DNA from: Acidobacteriota bacterium
Lineage (GTDB): Bacteria; Acidobacteriota; Thermoanaerobaculia; Multivoradales; UBA5704
DNA: 64,000 nt
NCBI GenBank assembly: GCA_046765915.1
Contig: JBKPTH010000002.1
Coordinates: forward strand, 28,552-92,551
Reading direction: 5' to 3'
In this document: piece by piece, positions 45,380 through 55,215 of the stretch
Position numbering within the stretch: the first letter of the stretch is position 1
Layout of the letters: each line of letters starts with the position of its first letter
The notes under the pieces: model-generated
The model's input: the letters and a program-made list of their open reading frames with translations, nothing else
Database searches by the model: none
Told to the model about the DNA's origin: nothing
Program-made: the position numbers and the translations under genes

Positions 45380-47148
45380 ACGAAGGTGTAGAGATCCTCG
45401 CTGATCGCGGATCTCTCGGTTGCGAAGCCGCTGCGCGCCGGTTCCCGCCAGGCCGGCAGCAGCTCGGCCCAGTTGCCGGGCAGACTCTCGCGATCGATCA
45501 GGAAGTCCTCCAGGACCAGGGCGTCGATGCCCGACACCCCCATGCAGAAGAGAGCATCCACCGGCGAGCGGACGATCGGCTCGCCGCGCACGTTGAACGA
45601 GGTGTTCACCAGCAGGGGACAGCCGGTCCGCCGGTGGAAGGCCTCGAGCAGGGCGGCGAAGCGGGGAGCGGTCTCCGGCTCGACGGTCTGCGGGCGCGCC
45701 GAGCCGTCCACGTGAGTGACCGCGGGCAGGCCGAGCGGCGAGATCACCCGGCAGGTCGCGAGCATGAAGGGCGAGGCCTGGCCGAGATCGAAGTGCTCCC
45801 CGGCGTGGGCGGCCAGGACGCTCGGCGCGAAGGGACGGAACGCCTCCCGCTTCTTGACCAGCCGGTTGAGGCGGTCGCGCATGCCCGGTTCGCGCGCGTC
45901 GGCGAGCAGGCTGCGGGCGCCCAGGGCCCGCGGGCCGAGCTCCATGGCGCCGTGGAACCAGCCGACGACCTGGCCGGCCGCCAGTCGCCCGGCTACGGTT
46001 TCCAGCAGGGCGTCCTCGCGTCCTCGGAAATCCTCGCCCGGCAGGCCCGTGGCCGCGAGCAGATCCGCGATCTCCTCTGCCGTCCAGCTCGGCCCGAGAA
46101 AGACGTGGCGGAGAGGTGCGGTCCCGGGGTGCCGCCCCGTCATCTGGACATGGGCGAGCGCGGCGGCGCCCAGGCAGCCTCCTGAGTCGCCGGCCGCCGG
46201 CTGCACGAACAGGCGCTCGAACGGACCTTCGCGCCGGATGCGGCCGTTGGCCACCACGTTCAAGGCGACGCCTCCCGCCATGCAGAGATCGGGCAGGCCG
46301 GTCCGCGCGTGGAGGTAACGGACCTTCTCGAGCAGGATCTCTTCCAGCACCACCTGGAGGCTGCGCGCCACGTCCTGATGAAACGGGGTGATCTCCTCCT
46401 CCCGGCGTCGCGGCGGCTGGCCGAAGAGACGGGGCAGGGCGTCCGAGTACATGCGCGAGCCGCGGATGAAATCGAAATAGTCCAGATCGAGCCGGAACTG
46501 CCCGTCCGCCGCGGCGGAGACGAGCTGGCGCATCTCGCCGACGTAGCGCGGCTCGCCATAGGGAGCGAGCCCCATCACCTTGTACTCGCCGTCGTTGACC
46601 GCGAAGCCGAGATAGGCGGTGAGGGTGGAGTAGAGGAGGCCGAGCGAATGCGGGAACTCCACCTCCTCGAACGGCTCGATCGCCGTCCCGGCCGCCCGGC
46701 CGTAGGTGGTGGTGGCCCACTCGCCGACGCCGTCCACGGTGAGGACGGCGGCGGCGGGAAAACCGGAGAAGAAGAAGGCGCTGGCGGCGTGGGAGAGGTG
46801 ATGATCGAAGGTGAGGAGCGGCCCCTCGTAGCCCAGGTCTTCGCGGATGGCGCGCTCCGGGCGGCCGGGATCGCGCCAGGCGGAATCGCCCGCCGCGGCC
46901 GCCGGCACGCCCGCCCGGAGCTGGCGGGCCAGCTTCTTCGCCGGCGACTCGTAAAAGGCCACGCAGTCGACGTCGGCGATGCCGAGGCCGCCCCGGCGCA
47001 GACACCAGCGGAAGGCGGCGACGGGCAGCCGCGGATCGTGCTTGACCCGCGAGAACCTCTCCTCCTCCGCCGCGGCCACCAGGCGGCCGTCGCGCATCAG
47101 GCAGCAGGCGGATTCGTGGAAGAAGGCGGAGATGCCGATGACGTTCAC
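45376..47148 (-). CDS. NodU/CmcH-family carbamoyltransferase
   Basis: The N-terminus NVIGISAFFHESACCLMRDGRLVAAAEEERFSRVKHD matches this family. The start is GTG 47148, because the upstream ATG extension has AT-rich atypical codons. Confidence 0.8.
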   Translation of the reverse strand: MNVIGISAFFHESACCLMRDGRLVAAAEEERFSRVKHDPRLPVAAFRWCLRRGGLGIADVDCVAFYESPAKKLARQLRAGVPAAAAGDSAWRDPGRPERAIREDLGYEGPLLTFDHHLSHAASAFFFSGFPAAAVLTVDGVGEWATTTYGRAAGTAIEPFEEVEFPHSLGLLYSTLTAYLGFAVNDGEYKVMGLAPYGEPRYVGEMRQLVSAAADGQFRLDLDYFDFIRGSRMYSDALPRLFGQPPRRREEEITPFHQDVARSLQVVLEEILLEKVRYLHARTGLPDLCMAGGVALNVVANGRIRREGPFERLFVQPAAGDSGGCLGAAALAHVQMTGRHPGTAPLRHVFLGPSWTAEEIADLLAATGLPGEDFRGREDALLETVAGRLAAGQVVGWFHGAMELGPRALGARSLLADAREPGMRDRLNRLVKKREAFRPFAPSVLAAHAGEHFDLGQASPFMLATCRVISPLGLPAVTHVDGSARPQTVEPETAPRFAALLEAFHRRTGCPLLVNTSFNVRGEPIVRSPVDALFCMGVSGIDALVLEDFLIDRESLPGNWAELLPAWREPARSGFATERSAISEDLYTFV

Positions 47149-47336
47149 AGGGATCCATTCTAGAAGCGGTTTGCGACCTGTTGCAGGCTCTGCTATCTTT
47201 ATGGGTCCTGAGACAGGGAGGCGTCCGTCTTTGTCGCGCCGCGGCCAGAGACTCAACCGCCCTCGAACACGGTGACGCCGGCGGCAGTGGGTCGGCTTTT
47301 GGAAACACGGCCTCGCGAGGCCAGGAGCGACAGAGA

Positions 47337-47825
47337 ATGGGCAAGAAGCTTTTCGTCGGCAACCTCAACTTCAAGACCAACGACGACGACCTGAAAGAGC
47401 TGTTCGGCCAGGCCGGCACGGTCGATTCGGCCACGGTGATGATGGACCGCGCCACCGGCCGCTCCCGCGGCTTCGGCTTCGTCGAGATGGGCACGGAAGA
47501 AGAGGCCCAGAAGGCGATCCAGCAGTTCAACGGCCACGAGTTCCAGGGCCGCAACCTGAACGTCAACGAGGCCCGCGAGCGCACGCCCGGCGGTCCGCGC
47601 GGCGGCGGCTATGGCGGCGGCTACAGTGGCGGCCGCGGCGGCTACGGCGGCGGCGACCGCGGCGGCTATGGCGGCGACTTCAACGCCGGTCCCAACTTCG
47701 GCGGCGGCGACGACTTCGGCGGCGGCAGTCCCGGCTTCGGCGGCGGCTTCAACCGCGGCAACTACAAGCCCCGCAAGGAAGGCGGCAGCCGGCGGGGCCT
47801 GCGGGCCAAGAAGCGCAGCCTGTAG
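47337..47825 (+). CDS. RRM-domain RNA-binding protein with glycine-rich (GGY/RGG) tail
   Basis: RNP2 is LFVGNL and RNP1 is RGFGFVEM. A C-terminal GGYGGG low-complexity region follows. Confidence 0.8.
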   Translation: MGKKLFVGNLNFKTNDDDLKELFGQAGTVDSATVMMDRATGRSRGFGFVEMGTEEEAQKAIQQFNGHEFQGRNLNVNEARERTPGGPRGGGYGGGYSGGRGGYGGGDRGGYGGDFNAGPNFGGGDDFGGGSPGFGGGFNRGNYKPRKEGGSRRGLRAKKRSL

Positions 47826-47831
47826 TCCAAC

Positions 47832-48971
47832 TCAATAGAGATCGAAGACGAGGATCCGCGCCTCGAGCGGCCCGTTCATCACGGGGATGCGCCGGCGCGG
47901 GCGCAGGCCGATGTGCTTGCCGCGGTCCTCGCCGCCGGCGAGCACGACCGCTTTCCACCCCTTGAAACGCCGCTTGAGAAGATCCCCCAGCTCCCGCCAG
48001 CGCTCGGCCGCGGTGCCCAGGCGCTCGCCATGCGGCGGATTGACCACCACGAGGCCGGGATCCGCCGGCGGCTGGAAGGTTGCGGCGTCGCCGCGCGAGA
48101 GGGTGGCGCGGTCGAGGAGGTTGGCGCGCTCCAGATTCGCCCGTGCCGCCGCCAGGGCCTCTCCCGAGATGTCGTTGCCGAAGAGGCGTACCGCCGGGTC
48201 GTGGGCCGGCAGGGGCTCCTGGAGGAGCGCGGTGAACGCCGCGGGATCGTAGCCGGGCAGGCGCTCGAAGGCCCAGTGTCGGCGTAGCCGGCCCGGCGGC
48301 CAGCCGAGGGCGAACCAGGCCGCTTCGACGAGCAGCGTGGCGGAGCCGCACATGGGGTCCGCCACGGGGCCGCGGCCGTCCCAGCCGGAAGCGAGGACGC
48401 AGGCGGCGGCGAGCTGCTCGCGCACCGGCGCGCCGGTGCTGACGGCCCGGTAGCCGCGGCGGTCGAGCGGCTCACCGGAGGTGTCGAGCAGCAGGGTCGC
48501 CTGGTCGCCGTGGAGGCGCAGGCGCAGGTGGAGGTCCGGATCCTTCCGGTCCACGTCGGAGCGCCGGCCCCAGCGGTCCCGCTGGCCGTCCACCAGGCCG
48601 TCCTTGAGGGAGAGGGCGGCCCAGCGCGTGTCCCGCACCTCGGAGCCCGCCGAGGTGGCGTGGATGGCGAAGCTGCGGTCCGGGTGGAGCAGAGAGGGAA
48701 GATCGAGACCGTCAGGCGGACCGGGCCTTCCCGCGACCGCCTCGCGGGCGCCGGCGGCGAGAGCGGGCCCGTCCTTCGCCGTCCAGGAGGCCAGCTCGAC
48801 GAGCACGCGGTTGGCCGTGCGCAGCCGCCAGTTGGCCCGCCAGCAATCCCGCCAGTCGCCGCTGAACGAAACGGCGCCCCGCTGGCGCTGGACGTCGCGC
48901 GCTCCCAGGCCGCGCAGCTCCCCCTCCAGGATCTCCTCCAGCCCGAGGGCACAGGTGGCGGCGAGGCGCAT
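47832..48971 (-). CDS. THUMP-domain class I SAM-dependent RNA (guanine-N2) methyltransferase, RlmL-like
   Basis: The NPPHGERLG motif (N-P-P-[YFH]) is present, and N-terminal THUMP-like region. Confidence 0.65.
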   Translation of the reverse strand: MRLAATCALGLEEILEGELRGLGARDVQRQRGAVSFSGDWRDCWRANWRLRTANRVLVELASWTAKDGPALAAGAREAVAGRPGPPDGLDLPSLLHPDRSFAIHATSAGSEVRDTRWAALSLKDGLVDGQRDRWGRRSDVDRKDPDLHLRLRLHGDQATLLLDTSGEPLDRRGYRAVSTGAPVREQLAAACVLASGWDGRGPVADPMCGSATLLVEAAWFALGWPPGRLRRHWAFERLPGYDPAAFTALLQEPLPAHDPAVRLFGNDISGEALAAARANLERANLLDRATLSRGDAATFQPPADPGLVVVNPPHGERLGTAAERWRELGDLLKRRFKGWKAVVLAGGEDRGKHIGLRPRRRIPVMNGPLEARILVFDLY

Positions 48972-49030
48972 TCCCCGAGTGTATATCGCGTGTAGGGGGC
49001 GCCCCGTTGCCGCTGCCGGCGCCCCTCACC

Positions 49031-49225
49031 TCCCCTACCCCTCTCCCCTGGGGTCTGTGAATTTATCGGCGGTCTGCCCTCCGAAGCCCTCACTCCCCTA
49101 ACCCCTCTCTCCCGGGGGGAGAGAGGGGAACAAAGCCAAGAAAAGAAACCCTTTATCGTAGTTTCTCCCTCCTCTCCCTCTGGGAGAGGAGGGCCGGGGA
49201 GGTGAGGGCTTCGGAGGGCAGATCG
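49031..49225. repeat. MITE/REP-like palindromic intergenic element, copy A
   Basis: Nested inverted repeats run from GCCCCTCACCTCCCC to GGGGAGGTGAGGGC, with an inner CCCTCTCTCCCGGGGGAGAGAGGGG. It is related to 52169-52352. Confidence 0.6.
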
Positions 49226-49242
49226 CTGAAAAATCCCTGGCC

Positions 49243-50064
49243 TTACCCTGCCTTGTCCTGCCGGCCCTTGGCCTCGCCGCTCTCCTCGACGGGACGGGGA
49301 ACGGAGACCCCGTGCAGGCGGGAGTCTCCCAGCCGCCGGTAGAGGGCGTTGGCCCGCTCCAGCGTCTCGGCGGCTTTCCGGTACTCTCCGAGGTCGCACA
49401 GCAGGTTGACCAGCGCGCCGAGGAGGCTGGCTTCCTCCAGCAGGTCGCCGGTGCCCATCTCGAGATTGATGCGGGCCTGGCTGATGGCCAGCCGGGCGCC
49501 GGCCAGATCGCCGGCGAGCCGGCGGGCGTCGCCGAGGGCGACGAGGGCGGCGGTCTTGAAGTCCGCCACGCGCGCGGCGCCATAGGCGGGGCCGTCCAGA
49601 CGCTCGGCGACGGCCAGAGCCAGCACGGCCAGGCTCACGGCGGCCACGGGATCGTCCGCCGCGGCGTCACGGCTCTTCTCCAGGAGGAGGTCGTACAGTC
49701 CCCAATGGTGCAGGCGCCCGTCGTTGAGCACCATCACCAGCCGGCGCGCCGGCGGATGGCTCACCAGGGAGGACCACTGCATGCCCGCGAGCTGCCGCTC
49801 CCTCTTCGCCTGCTCCTGGGCTTCCGTCAGGCGTCGCTCGGTGTCGAGAAATGCCTTGTCGTAGCGTGCGGCGTCGCCGTCCGCCGCGGCCCCGGGGCGG
49901 AGCTTGTGCCTGTGGTCCGGCGGGAACGGCCGTCTCGGCGAGCCCGCGAGCATGCGGCGGACGGCTTCGCGAGCCTCCTGGCGGGAAAGCTCCGAGCCGA
50001 GGAGATCCTTCTTCGCCCCTGGCGGGGTCCTCTCATCCACGATCTGACTCCCTTCAAAAAGCAA
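49243..50064 (-). CDS. hypothetical protein with C-terminal TPR-like helical repeats
   Basis: ORF with high GC3. No assignable family. Confidence 0.35.
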   Translation of the reverse strand: MLFEGSQIVDERTPPGAKKDLLGSELSRQEAREAVRRMLAGSPRRPFPPDHRHKLRPGAAADGDAARYDKAFLDTERRLTEAQEQAKRERQLAGMQWSSLVSHPPARRLVMVLNDGRLHHWGLYDLLLEKSRDAAADDPVAAVSLAVLALAVAERLDGPAYGAARVADFKTAALVALGDARRLAGDLAGARLAISQARINLEMGTGDLLEEASLLGALVNLLCDLGEYRKAAETLERANALYRRLGDSRLHGVSVPRPVEESGEAKGRQDKAG

Positions 50065-50138
50065 GTAAGAGAATCGCTCTCAAAGAATAAGTTGCTTCGA
50101 GGCGGCGAAAGGGGACAAAAAACCGAACACGAGTTCCT

Positions 50139-50173
50139 AATCGCGTTCGGAGGTTCCAAGTTCGCGATTTTTT
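50139..50173 (+). promoter_or_regulatory. hairpin plus T-run in cysA leader (possible attenuator/regulatory structure)
   Basis: The sequence AATCGCG...CGCGATT is followed by TTTTTT, about 50 nt upstream of the cysA ATG. Confidence 0.25.
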
Positions 50174-50223
50174 GTCACCGGTCTGCGACTGACGGCGTTA
50201 CCCGCGGCCCCTATGCTCCGGGC

Positions 50224-52104
50224 ATGTCGATCGTCCTGACGGATCTGACCAAGCGCTACGGCGGCCATCCGGTGGTCAACGCCGTGTCCCTGGAGGTGGG
50301 CGACGGCGAGCTGTTCGTGCTGCTGGGGTCCTCGGGGAGCGGCAAGAGCACGCTGCTGCGGATGATCGCCGGTCTATCCGAGGTCGACGCCGGCCGCGTG
50401 CTGCTCCATGGACGCGACGTCACCGATCTGCCGCCGGCCCGGCGCGGGGTCGGGTTCGTCTTCCAGAGCTACGCCCTGTTCCGCGGCATGCCGGTGAAGG
50501 AGAACGTGGAGTTCGCGCTGACGGTGCGCGGCGTTCCGGCGGCCCAGCGGCGGCAACGGCGCGACGAGCTGCTGGAGCTGGTGGGGCTCGCCGGGCTGGG
50601 CGGCCGCATGCCGCGCCAGCTCTCCGGCGGCCAGCAGCAACGGGTCGCGCTGGCCCGGGCGCTCGCCCATCAACCGGAGGTGCTGCTGCTCGACGAGCCG
50701 TTCGGCGCGCTGGACGCCAAGGTGCGCGCCGAGTTGCGGCGGACGATCCGGGAGATCCAGCGCGAGCTGCGCATCACCACCCTGTTCGTCACCCATGACC
50801 AGGAGGAGGCCTTCGAGCTGGCGGACCGCCTGGCGGTGCTCAGCTTCGGGCGCCTGCTGGAGGCGGGACCGCCGGAAGAGCTGTATCTGCGCCCCGAGAC
50901 GGAGTTCGTCGCCACCTTCCTCGGCACCGCCAACCTCATGGTGGGGGAAGCCACGGTGGAAGGGGTGCGGCTGGGGCCGGTGCAGATCCCGTTGTCGACG
51001 CGCGCCGAGCCGCCGGGGGGCGGACGGCGGGTGCAGGTCCTCTTCCGTCCGGAGGACGTCACCCTGCGCGACTCGGCGGCGGACGTCTCCTCGCCCCTGC
51101 TCGGCCAGGCGGTAGTGGAGGAACGCTCCTTCATCGGCTCCTTCGAGCGTCTCCGCCTCCGCCTGCCGCCGCTGCCCGGCGTGCGCACCATCGCTCCGCC
51201 CGTGCCGTTCGGCAGCGACGAGGTCTGGATCGAGGCCACCCGTCCGCAGGACCAGGCGCGCCGCTTCCCGCTGCGGCCGGGCGACTCGACGTGGGTCGGG
51301 GTGCAGCGGGTCCACGCGCTGGTCCATCCCGGACTGAGGTTCCTGCTGCTCGCCGACGGCACGCCGCGTTCGCGCGCCGCGCTGGCGCTCGGCGGCGAGC
51401 TGGCCCGCCGCTCGCAGGCCCGGGTGGCCGTGCTGTCGCCCGGCGCGGCAGGCCAGGCGGGGGAAGCCGCCCTGCAGGAGGCGAAGGAGCTGCTCGGCAG
51501 CGGCATCGCCGCCGTCGAGGCGCGGCTGAGCTGGGGCTCGCCGGCCGAGGCGGTGAGGGACGAGGTCTCCCGCCAGCCCTCCGACCTGGTGATCCTGAGC
51601 CTGCCTCCCCGCGAGGGCGGCGAGCTGGCGGAGGAGGTGCTGGCGGCCGGCCATCATCACCTGCTGCTCGTGCCTGCGGAGGCCCCCGGGCAGGTGCCGG
51701 AGCGGCTGCTCATCTGCGTCGCCGTGGGCGAGCCGGGCAAGGAGGACGTCTCGTTCACCGGCCGGCTCGCCCGCCATCTGGGCGCGGCGGCGACCATCCT
51801 CACCGTCCTGCCGCCGGCCGCGGGCCCGCGGGAAGAGGCCCTGGCCGAGCGTTTCCTCTCCGGCAGCGCCCGCACGTTGAACCGCATGGGCGTCCCCGTG
51901 GCGACGAGCATCCGCCGCGGCGCCGTGCGCGAGCAGATCCTCGCCCAGCTCGCCGAGGGCGGCCACGATCTCCTCGTGCTGGGCGCGCCGCTGCCGGGCA
52001 GAGACCGGCGGATCGAGATCGGCGGCGGCGTCGTCGGGCGGTTGCTGGCGGAGGTGGCGCCGCGGCCGGTGCTCATCGTGCGCTCGCCGGAGGCCGTGTC
52101 GTGA
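50224..52104 (+). CDS. cysA: sulfate/thiosulfate ABC transporter ATP-binding protein fused to two C-terminal universal-stress-protein-like domains
   Basis: Walker A is GSSGSGKST, the signature motif is [15 protein letters not shown], and a TOBE domain is present. The ~300 aa C-terminal extension has two USP-like blocks ending ...VLSPG and ...PVLIVRSP. Confidence 0.75.
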   Translation: MSIVLTDLTKRYGGHPVVNAVSLEVGDGELFVLLGSSGSGKSTLLRMIAGLSEVDAGRVLLHGRDVTDLPPARRGVGFVFQSYALFRGMPVKENVEFALTVRGVPAAQRRQRRDELLELVGLAGLGGRMPRQLSGGQQQRVALARALAHQPEVLLLDEPFGALDAKVRAELRRTIREIQRELRITTLFVTHDQEEAFELADRLAVLSFGRLLEAGPPEELYLRPETEFVATFLGTANLMVGEATVEGVRLGPVQIPLSTRAEPPGGGRRVQVLFRPEDVTLRDSAADVSSPLLGQAVVEERSFIGSFERLRLRLPPLPGVRTIAPPVPFGSDEVWIEATRPQDQARRFPLRPGDSTWVGVQRVHALVHPGLRFLLLADGTPRSRAALALGGELARRSQARVAVLSPGAAGQAGEAALQEAKELLGSGIAAVEARLSWGSPAEAVRDEVSRQPSDLVILSLPPREGGELAEEVLAAGHHHLLLVPAEAPGQVPERLLICVAVGEPGKEDVSFTGRLARHLGAAATILTVLPPAAGPREEALAERFLSGSARTLNRMGVPVATSIRRGAVREQILAQLAEGGHDLLVLGAPLPGRDRRIEIGGGVVGRLLAEVAPRPVLIVRSPEAVS

Positions 52105-52168
52105 GCCCTCACTCTCAGGACCTATTCGCGTTAACCTTACGTCGAGCGTTATCGCCGAGCAGGCGTCG

Positions 52169-52352
52169 CCGCCGCCTCAGGCCCCTCACTCCCCCTTCCC
52201 CCTCTCTCCCACCGCACACCCTGCCCCCGGGAGAGAGGGGGGTAGAAAAAGCAAAAACCAATTTTTTCTTTTGCAGTCTCCCTCCTCTCCCCGGGAGGGT
52301 GGGCGTGAGGTGGGAGAGGAGGGCCGGGGAGGTGAGGGGCCCGGAGCGGCGG
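52169..52352. repeat. MITE/REP-like palindromic intergenic element, copy B
   Basis: Runs from GGCCCCTCACTCCCCC to GGGGAGGTGAGGGGCC. It shares the CTCCCTCCTCTCCC...GGGAGAGGAGGGCCGGGGAGGTGAGGG core with copy A. Confidence 0.6.
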
Positions 52353-52431
52353 ATCGGCCCCTATGATCGGCAGACTCTCGGCGTCAGGTTAACGCGCGTA
52401 GATCGCCTGCTGAAGAAAGGAGATCGACATC

Positions 52432-53436
52432 ATGAGAATACGCTTCGTTCTGCCGCTGCTCTCCCTGCTCCTGGCGCTCGCCGCGGGTCCCGCGGCCGCC
52501 CAGGTCAAGCTGCTCAACGTCTCCTACGATCCGACGCGCGAGCTCTACCAGGACTTCAACGCCGCCTTCGCCAAGGCCTGGAAGGCGAAGACCGGCAAGG
52601 ACGTCACCGTCCAGCAGTCGCACGGCGGCTCGGGCAAACAGGCCCGCTCGGTCGTCGAAGGGCTGGAGGCGGACGTCGTCACCCTCGCCCTCGCCTATGA
52701 CGTCGACGCCATCGCCAAATCCGGACTGATCGCCAGGAACTGGCAGTCCCGCCTGCCCAACAACGCCGCCCCCTACACCTCGACGATCGTCTTCCTGGTG
52801 CGCAAGGGGAACCCGAAGAAGATCCACGACTGGAACGATCTGACGCGGCCGGGCGTGTCGGTGATCACGCCCAATCCCAAGACCTCGGGCGGCGCCCGCT
52901 GGAACTACCTCGCGGCGTGGGGCTTCGCCCTGCGCAAGCTCGGCAACGATCCGGCGAAGGCGAAGGACTTCGTGGGCCGGCTATACAAGAACGTGCCGAT
53001 CCTCGACACCGGCGCGCGCGGCGCCACGGTCACCTTCGCCGAGCGGGGCATCGGCGACGTCCTCATCGCCTGGGAGAACGAGGCGTTGCTGGCCGCCAGG
53101 CAGCTCGGCAAGGGAGAGCTCCAGATCGTCGCTCCCTCGCTCAGCATCCTGGCCGAGCCGCCGGTGGCGGTGGTGGACAAGGTGGCCGCCAGGCACCAGA
53201 CCACCGCGGTGGCGACCGCCTATCTCCAGTATCTCTACACGCCGCAGGGACAGGAGATCGCGGCGCGGCATTACTACCGGCCGCGCAACCAGGCGGTGGC
53301 CGCCAGGTACGCCGCGCAGTTCCCGAAGATCCAGCTCTTCACCGTCGGCCAGGTCTTCGGCGGCTGGGCCAAGGCGCAGAAGACCCACTTCGACGATGGC
53401 GGCGTCTTCGACCAGATCTACGGCGCGGGGCGGTAG
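52432..53436 (+). CDS. sbp: sulfate ABC transporter substrate-binding protein
   Basis: Has a signal peptide and is full-length Sbp/CysP-like ([13 protein letters not shown]...[11 protein letters not shown]...[15 protein letters not shown]). Confidence 0.85.
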   Translation: MRIRFVLPLLSLLLALAAGPAAAQVKLLNVSYDPTRELYQDFNAAFAKAWKAKTGKDVTVQQSHGGSGKQARSVVEGLEADVVTLALAYDVDAIAKSGLIARNWQSRLPNNAAPYTSTIVFLVRKGNPKKIHDWNDLTRPGVSVITPNPKTSGGARWNYLAAWGFALRKLGNDPAKAKDFVGRLYKNVPILDTGARGATVTFAERGIGDVLIAWENEALLAARQLGKGELQIVAPSLSILAEPPVAVVDKVAARHQTTAVATAYLQYLYTPQGQEIAARHYYRPRNQAVAARYAAQFPKIQLFTVGQVFGGWAKAQKTHFDDGGVFDQIYGAGR

Positions 53437-54309
53437 ATGATTGAAGAAAGGCGGAAAAAACCGGGCAGGCGCTTCCGCGGCGGCAGCGTCCTCCCCGGCT
53501 TCGGTCTCTCCCTGGGCTTCACGCTGCTCTACCTCGGTCTGCTGATCCTCATCCCGCTGTCGACGGTCTTCCTGAAGACGGCGACGATGACGTGGAGCGA
53601 TTTCTGGCAGACCGTCAGCGGCGCGCGGGCGCTCGCCGCCTATCGCCTCAGCCTCGGCGCCGCCTTCGCCGCGGCGTCGATCAACGCCGTCTTCGGCCTG
53701 CTCGTCGCCTGGGTGCTCGAGCGCTACAGCTTCCCCGGCCGGCGGCTCGTCGACGCCTTGGTCGACCTCCCCTTCGCCCTGCCCACGGCGGTCGCCGGCA
53801 TCGCGCTCGCCACGCTGTACGCCAAGAACGGCTGGATCGGCCGCTGGCTCGAGCCGCTGGGGGTGGAGGTGGCCTACACGCGCCTCGGCGTGGTGGTGGC
53901 CCTCACCTTCATCGGCCTGCCGTTCGTCGTGCGCACCGTGCAGCCGGTGCTCGCCGATCTCGATCCGGAGGTGGAGGAGGCCGCCGCCAGCCTCGGCGCC
54001 GGCCGCTGGCAGACCTTCCGGCGGGTGCTCCTGCCGGAGCTGCTGCCGGCCGCCCTCACCGGTTTCGTGCTCGCCTTCGCCCGCGCGCTCGGCGAATACG
54101 GCTCGGTGATCTTCATCGCCGGCAACATGCCGATGAAATCGGAGATCGTACCGCTGCTGATCATGATCAAGCTCGAGCAGTTCGACTACGCGGGCGCCAC
54201 GGCGATCGCCCTCGTCTTCCTGCTCGTCTCGTTCAGCCTGCTGCTGCTGATCAACCTGCTCGCCTGGCGGCGGGGCCGGCGGCTGCGAACCGCCGAGGGT
54301 GGAGAATGA
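53437..54309 (+). CDS. cysT: sulfate ABC transporter permease CysT
   Basis: About 6 TM helices. The ABC permease EAA-like region is LGAGRWQTFRRVLLPE. Confidence 0.85.
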   Translation: MIEERRKKPGRRFRGGSVLPGFGLSLGFTLLYLGLLILIPLSTVFLKTATMTWSDFWQTVSGARALAAYRLSLGAAFAAASINAVFGLLVAWVLERYSFPGRRLVDALVDLPFALPTAVAGIALATLYAKNGWIGRWLEPLGVEVAYTRLGVVVALTFIGLPFVVRTVQPVLADLDPEVEEAAASLGAGRWQTFRRVLLPELLPAALTGFVLAFARALGEYGSVIFIAGNMPMKSEIVPLLIMIKLEQFDYAGATAIALVFLLVSFSLLLLINLLAWRRGRRLRTAEGGE

Positions 54310-54323
54310 AATGAGAGGATCCG

Positions 54324-55157
54324 ATGCGTGAGCGGACGCAAGGGCGGGGAGCCCTCGCCGAGCCGCGCCTCGTGCGCTGGCTCCTCCTTGGGACGGCCCT
54401 GCTGTTCCTGGGCTTCTTTCTTTTCGTCCCTCTGGCGCTGGTCTTCGCCAAGGCGCTGGAGGACGGTTTCGCGACGTATCTGGCGGCGATCCGCGAGCCG
54501 GCGGCGCTGGCGGCCGTGCGCCTGACGCTGACCGCGGCGGCCATCGCGGTGCCGGTGAACCTCCTCTTCGGCCTGGCCGCCGCCTGGGCGATCACCAAGT
54601 TCCGCTTCCCCGGCAAGAACCTGTTGATCACTTTGATCGACCTGCCGTTCAGCGTCTCGCCGGTGATCGCGGGCATGATTTTCGTCCTCCTCTTCGGCGC
54701 CCATGGCTATCTCGGTCCCTGGCTGCAGGCGCACGACGTCAAGATCATCTTCGCCGTGCCCGGCATCGTGCTGGCGACGATGTTCGTCACCTCGCCGATG
54801 GTGGCGCGGGAGCTGATCCCGCTCATGCAGTCGCAGGGCAACGATCAGGAGGAGGCCGCGCTCACCCTCGGCGCCTCGGGATTGCAAACGTTTTTGCGCG
54901 TCAGCCTGCCGAAGATCCGCTGGGGCCTGCTCTACGGCGTGGTGCTCTGCAACGCGCGGGCGATGGGAGAGTTCGGCGCCGTCTCCGTGGTTTCCGGCCA
55001 CATCCGCGGCCTCACCAACACCATGCCTCTCCACATCGAGATCCTCTACAACGAATACCAGTTCTCGGCCGCCTTCGCCGTGGCCTCGCTGCTGGCGCTG
55101 CTCGCCCTGGCGACGCTGGCGATCAAGAGCCTGATCGAGTGGCGGACGAGCCGGTAG
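54324..55157 (+). CDS. cysW: sulfate ABC transporter permease CysW
   Basis: Paralogous to cysT. The EAA region is LGASGLQTFLRVSLPK. Confidence 0.85.
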   Translation: MRERTQGRGALAEPRLVRWLLLGTALLFLGFFLFVPLALVFAKALEDGFATYLAAIREPAALAAVRLTLTAAAIAVPVNLLFGLAAAWAITKFRFPGKNLLITLIDLPFSVSPVIAGMIFVLLFGAHGYLGPWLQAHDVKIIFAVPGIVLATMFVTSPMVARELIPLMQSQGNDQEEAALTLGASGLQTFLRVSLPKIRWGLLYGVVLCNARAMGEFGAVSVVSGHIRGLTNTMPLHIEILYNEYQFSAAFAVASLLALLALATLAIKSLIEWRTSR

Positions 55158-55215
55158 GTGGTGGCCCAGCAGTTGGTCCGAGGACTGCGAGGGGACGTGC
55201 CCTTCGAGACCTCAC

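Noticed and set aside
43397-47584. Single 1395 aa ORF on the minus strand
   Set aside because: It merges two real genes in different frames (carbamoyltransferase 45376-47148 and SGNH-like 43397-45379). The N-terminal ~150 aa is low-complexity R/P/G-rich wrong-frame translation.
47879-49399. 506 aa ORF(-) and 48481-49101(+)
   Set aside because: Shadows of the RlmL-like gene that run into the palindromic repeat. Low-complexity.
51291-52700. 469 aa ORF(+) rich in Arg/Gly/Pro
   Set aside because: Wrong frame of the cysA C-terminal extension, and it runs across the REP-like element.
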